A DNA stretch of 64,000 bases. Origin: the human T2T-CHM13v2.0 reference genome, Homo sapiens. Position numbers and translations under genes: made by a program. Positions 57,490-64,000 of this stretch are shown here, one piece after another. Positions within the stretch are counted from its first letter, which is position 1, and each line of letters starts with the position of its first letter. The stretch is from NCBI RefSeq assembly GCF_009914755.1, contig NC_060928.1. One strand, 5' to 3'. The notes below the pieces were generated by a model. That model ran no database searches, had not been told where the DNA came from, and saw nothing but the letters and a program-made list of their open reading frames with translations.

Positions 57490-59544
57490 ACCACAGGCAT
57501 GAGACTGACTTAGCTTTGAAACATAACTCTACCATTTTTACAATTTTTATAGCTAAAAATATAGTAGGCTTATAGCCTACTATAGGCAACACAGTGAAAT
57601 AAATGTTGTAAGTAATAACACACTTAATTCTTACCATGGCCCTATCAGGTACGTCTTGTTATCCTTACTTAATAGTTAAGGAAACTGAAATTTACAGAAG
57701 TTGCCTAAACTCACGCAACTAGGCAGTGGAGCTGAGATTTAAAAAGTATTTTTCTAATTCCAAAGCTTTTGCTGTTAAACTTTAACCTAGCTCGAGATGA
57801 TACACAAAATATTTAACAACTCAAATTAACAAATTAATATATAAATCAAAATTTATTTTTAAATTCCTTTTCATTCTCAACTCTATGTATAACTGATAAG
57901 TGATACAAAGGTAGCACAAATTGTTCACTAAATAATTCTAAGAAATTTCAAGTCATTTGTTAACTTTTAGAAAATGTTGGTATAATTTTTGTGATATATT
58001 TTGTTATGAGTCGTCACTAGCCAATGATTGCCCTTTCTGAGCCATAAATTGACCTAAGAAAGTATATCAAACTCTTCTACTGCCTTTCCCACTAACCTGA
58101 TAGTCAACTTTTAGTTTCTCAATAACTAAAGGAAAGTTTTAACTTCAACAGTATTGTTTATGATGCTGAATCCTCTCTCAGTTTATGCTAAACAATAGTG
58201 ATTACATTTTTTAAAAAAAGTTATATACCTTATAATAACATCCGAGATCTTTATGCTTATATAGCTTTTTAAAAAATCACAAAAAAAGTTTATAATACTA
58301 TCATATTCATTTTAGTCAACCCTAATTTTTCAAGCCAGAGGAAAGTGCCATGAAATCACCCTAAAGAGAGTGACTTCTATTGGATTGCCTCAGTTTGAAT
58401 TCTGGCTCTGCAACTTAAACTTTAAACTCTGCGCCTCCATTTCTTCATTTTTAAAGATTACCATAACTATAGTACTCAATGAGTTAATATGCATTTGGAA
58501 TGGTGCCTGGCATGGAATAAGTACTATATAAGCATTAGCTCTTATTTTCATTAATAAAATCAATGTCACCAATGTCTGTGATACACAGTGTTTTGTGGTT
58601 TTTAATAATTTAATTCATTAAATGAAAGTGAAATATAACATATTCTCAGGGTGATTCCCCTAACACATACTCAAAACCAAAACATTCAACACAGGCAATC
58701 TTCCTTTCAATCCTCTGGTAAGTAGAAAGGGTAAATTTATTTGCATTTCACTTTTAACCTGCATAGGTTGACCACTAGAGTTTTAGTGTATTAATGAATT
58801 TTCTTTGAGACTACCCACTACAAGAGTCTTAAACTTGGTTTCCATCTGAGAGGCCCTCCTTGGCCATAAAAATTAAAACCTAAACTCATCTGGTAGGGCA
58901 AATGCCCTTACGGTGAAAGTTAGCTTTAGAACTTTACTTGCCACTCTGGGTTCCTCCTTAATTTAGCCTGTGTATTGTGTACTCCTTACTTTCTAACTCT
59001 TGGAAAAATTCATTAATATGTTTTGTTTCTTTTGTGTAGAAGTTTTGTTATTTTCAGAGAGTGGGTCAATACAGATACCAGTACATCATAGTGCCATTCC
59101 AAATGCATATTAAATCATTTGAGTACTACTTCTACTTTTATTTCAAAATAATACCTTCACTTCATAAACAAAAATATAATCATATACAAGGGTCTAAAAT
59201 AAACAGTAAAAATGTCCTCCTTTGACCTCTCCCTGGGTCCATTCTAAGAAATAATTCCTTTAAGTAATTAGGTCTTTAAGGGATTTTTGTTGTGGGGTTG
59301 TTTTTGTTTTTATTTTGTTTGGGTTAGTTTTGTTGCATGTACCATTACAAGTTTAATATAAGGCCTAATACTGATTTGTGAATTTTTAACATCTGTTAAC
59401 TCTGCATTATGAAATGAGAAATATGGAACATATACTATCTCCCAATCTCTTTATTATTTTATATTAAGGTTTCTAAAGTTTATATTCTGTCTTATAATTA
59501 AGTCTTCTTTTATTTGTGTAGTTGATTTAAAATAAACCAATTTT

Positions 59545-63022
<3,478 letters not shown>

Positions 63023-64000
63023 TTTTTTTTTAATTTTATTTTAAGTTCTGGGATACATTTGCAGAACATGCTAGTTTGTCACATAGATAAAAGTGTGCCA
63101 TGTTGGCTTGCTGCACCTATCTACTCATCAACTAGGTATTAAGCCTCACATGCATTAGCTATTTTTCCTGATGCTCTCCTTCCCCCTGGGCCCCAAACAG
63201 GCCCCAGTGTGTGTTGTTCCCCTCCCTGTGTCCATGTGTTCTCATTTTTCAGCTCCCACTTATGAGTGAGAACATGCAGTGTTTGGTTTTCTGTTCCTGT
63301 GTTAGTTTGCTGAGGATGATGGCTTCCAGCTCCATCCATGCACCCGCAAAGGACATAATCTCATTCCTTTTTATGACTGCATAGTATTCCATAGTGTATA
63401 TATAATACATTTTCTTTATCCAGTCCATCATTGATGGTTATTTGGGTTGATTCCATGTCTTTGCTATTGTGAATAGTGCTGCAATAAAGATATGTGTGGA
63501 TGTATCTTTATAATAGAATTATTTGTATTCCTTTGGATATATATCCCAGTAATGGGATTGCTGGATCAATTGGTATTCCTGGTTCTAGATCATTAAGGAA
63601 TCGCCACACTGTCTTCCACAATGGTTGAACTAATTTATATTCCCACCAACAGCATAAAAGTGTTCCTATTTCTCCACAGTCTTGCCAGCATCTGTTGTTT
63701 CTTGACTTTTTAATAATCACTATTCTGACTGGCATAAGATGGTATCTTATTGTGGTTTTGATTTGCATTTTTCTAATGATCAGTGATGTTGAGCTTTTTT
63801 TCATTTGTTTATTGGCCATATAAATGTCTTCTTTTGAGAATTCTCGGTTCATGTCCTTTGCCCACTTTTTGATGGGTTTGTTTTTTCTTGTAAATTTGTT
63901 TAAGTTCCTTGTAAATTCTGGATATTAGACCTTTGTCAGGCGGGTAGATCAAAAAAATTTTCTCCCACTCTCTAGGTTACCTGTTCACTCTGATGAAAAT
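63023..64000 (-). mobile_element. L1PA7/8-like 3' end nested in the older L1; runs off the window
   Basis: T tail at 63023 followed by antisense 3'UTR; ORF remnants MMDWIKKM and [10 protein letters not shown]. Confidence 0.9.

Overview
AT-rich primate genomic DNA, human or great-ape-like, judged from its Alu, L1PA, THE1, MST and LTR12 content. Most of the window is layered interspersed repeats. There is no intact cellular gene, RNA gene or CRISPR array, and I see no support for a new biological system. The best feature is a ~3.0 kb minus-strand processed retrocopy (45084-48094) of a quinone-oxidoreductase-like 2 (CRYZL2-type, MDR superfamily) mRNA. It has one nonsense change, one frameshift, its whole repeat-laden 3'UTR and an 11-bp target-site duplication (TSD). 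Also present: a near full-length young L1PA2/3 with an endonuclease deletion, an open ORF0 and a probable 3' transduction; an old twin-primed (5'-inverted) L1MA holding a two-LTR THE1; a two-LTR MST; a solo LTR12; an ERVL pol remnant; small templated duplications and hairpins; and a few weak minus-strand exon candidates of an unidentified host gene. Repeat subfamily names come from recalled consensus sequences and are approximate.
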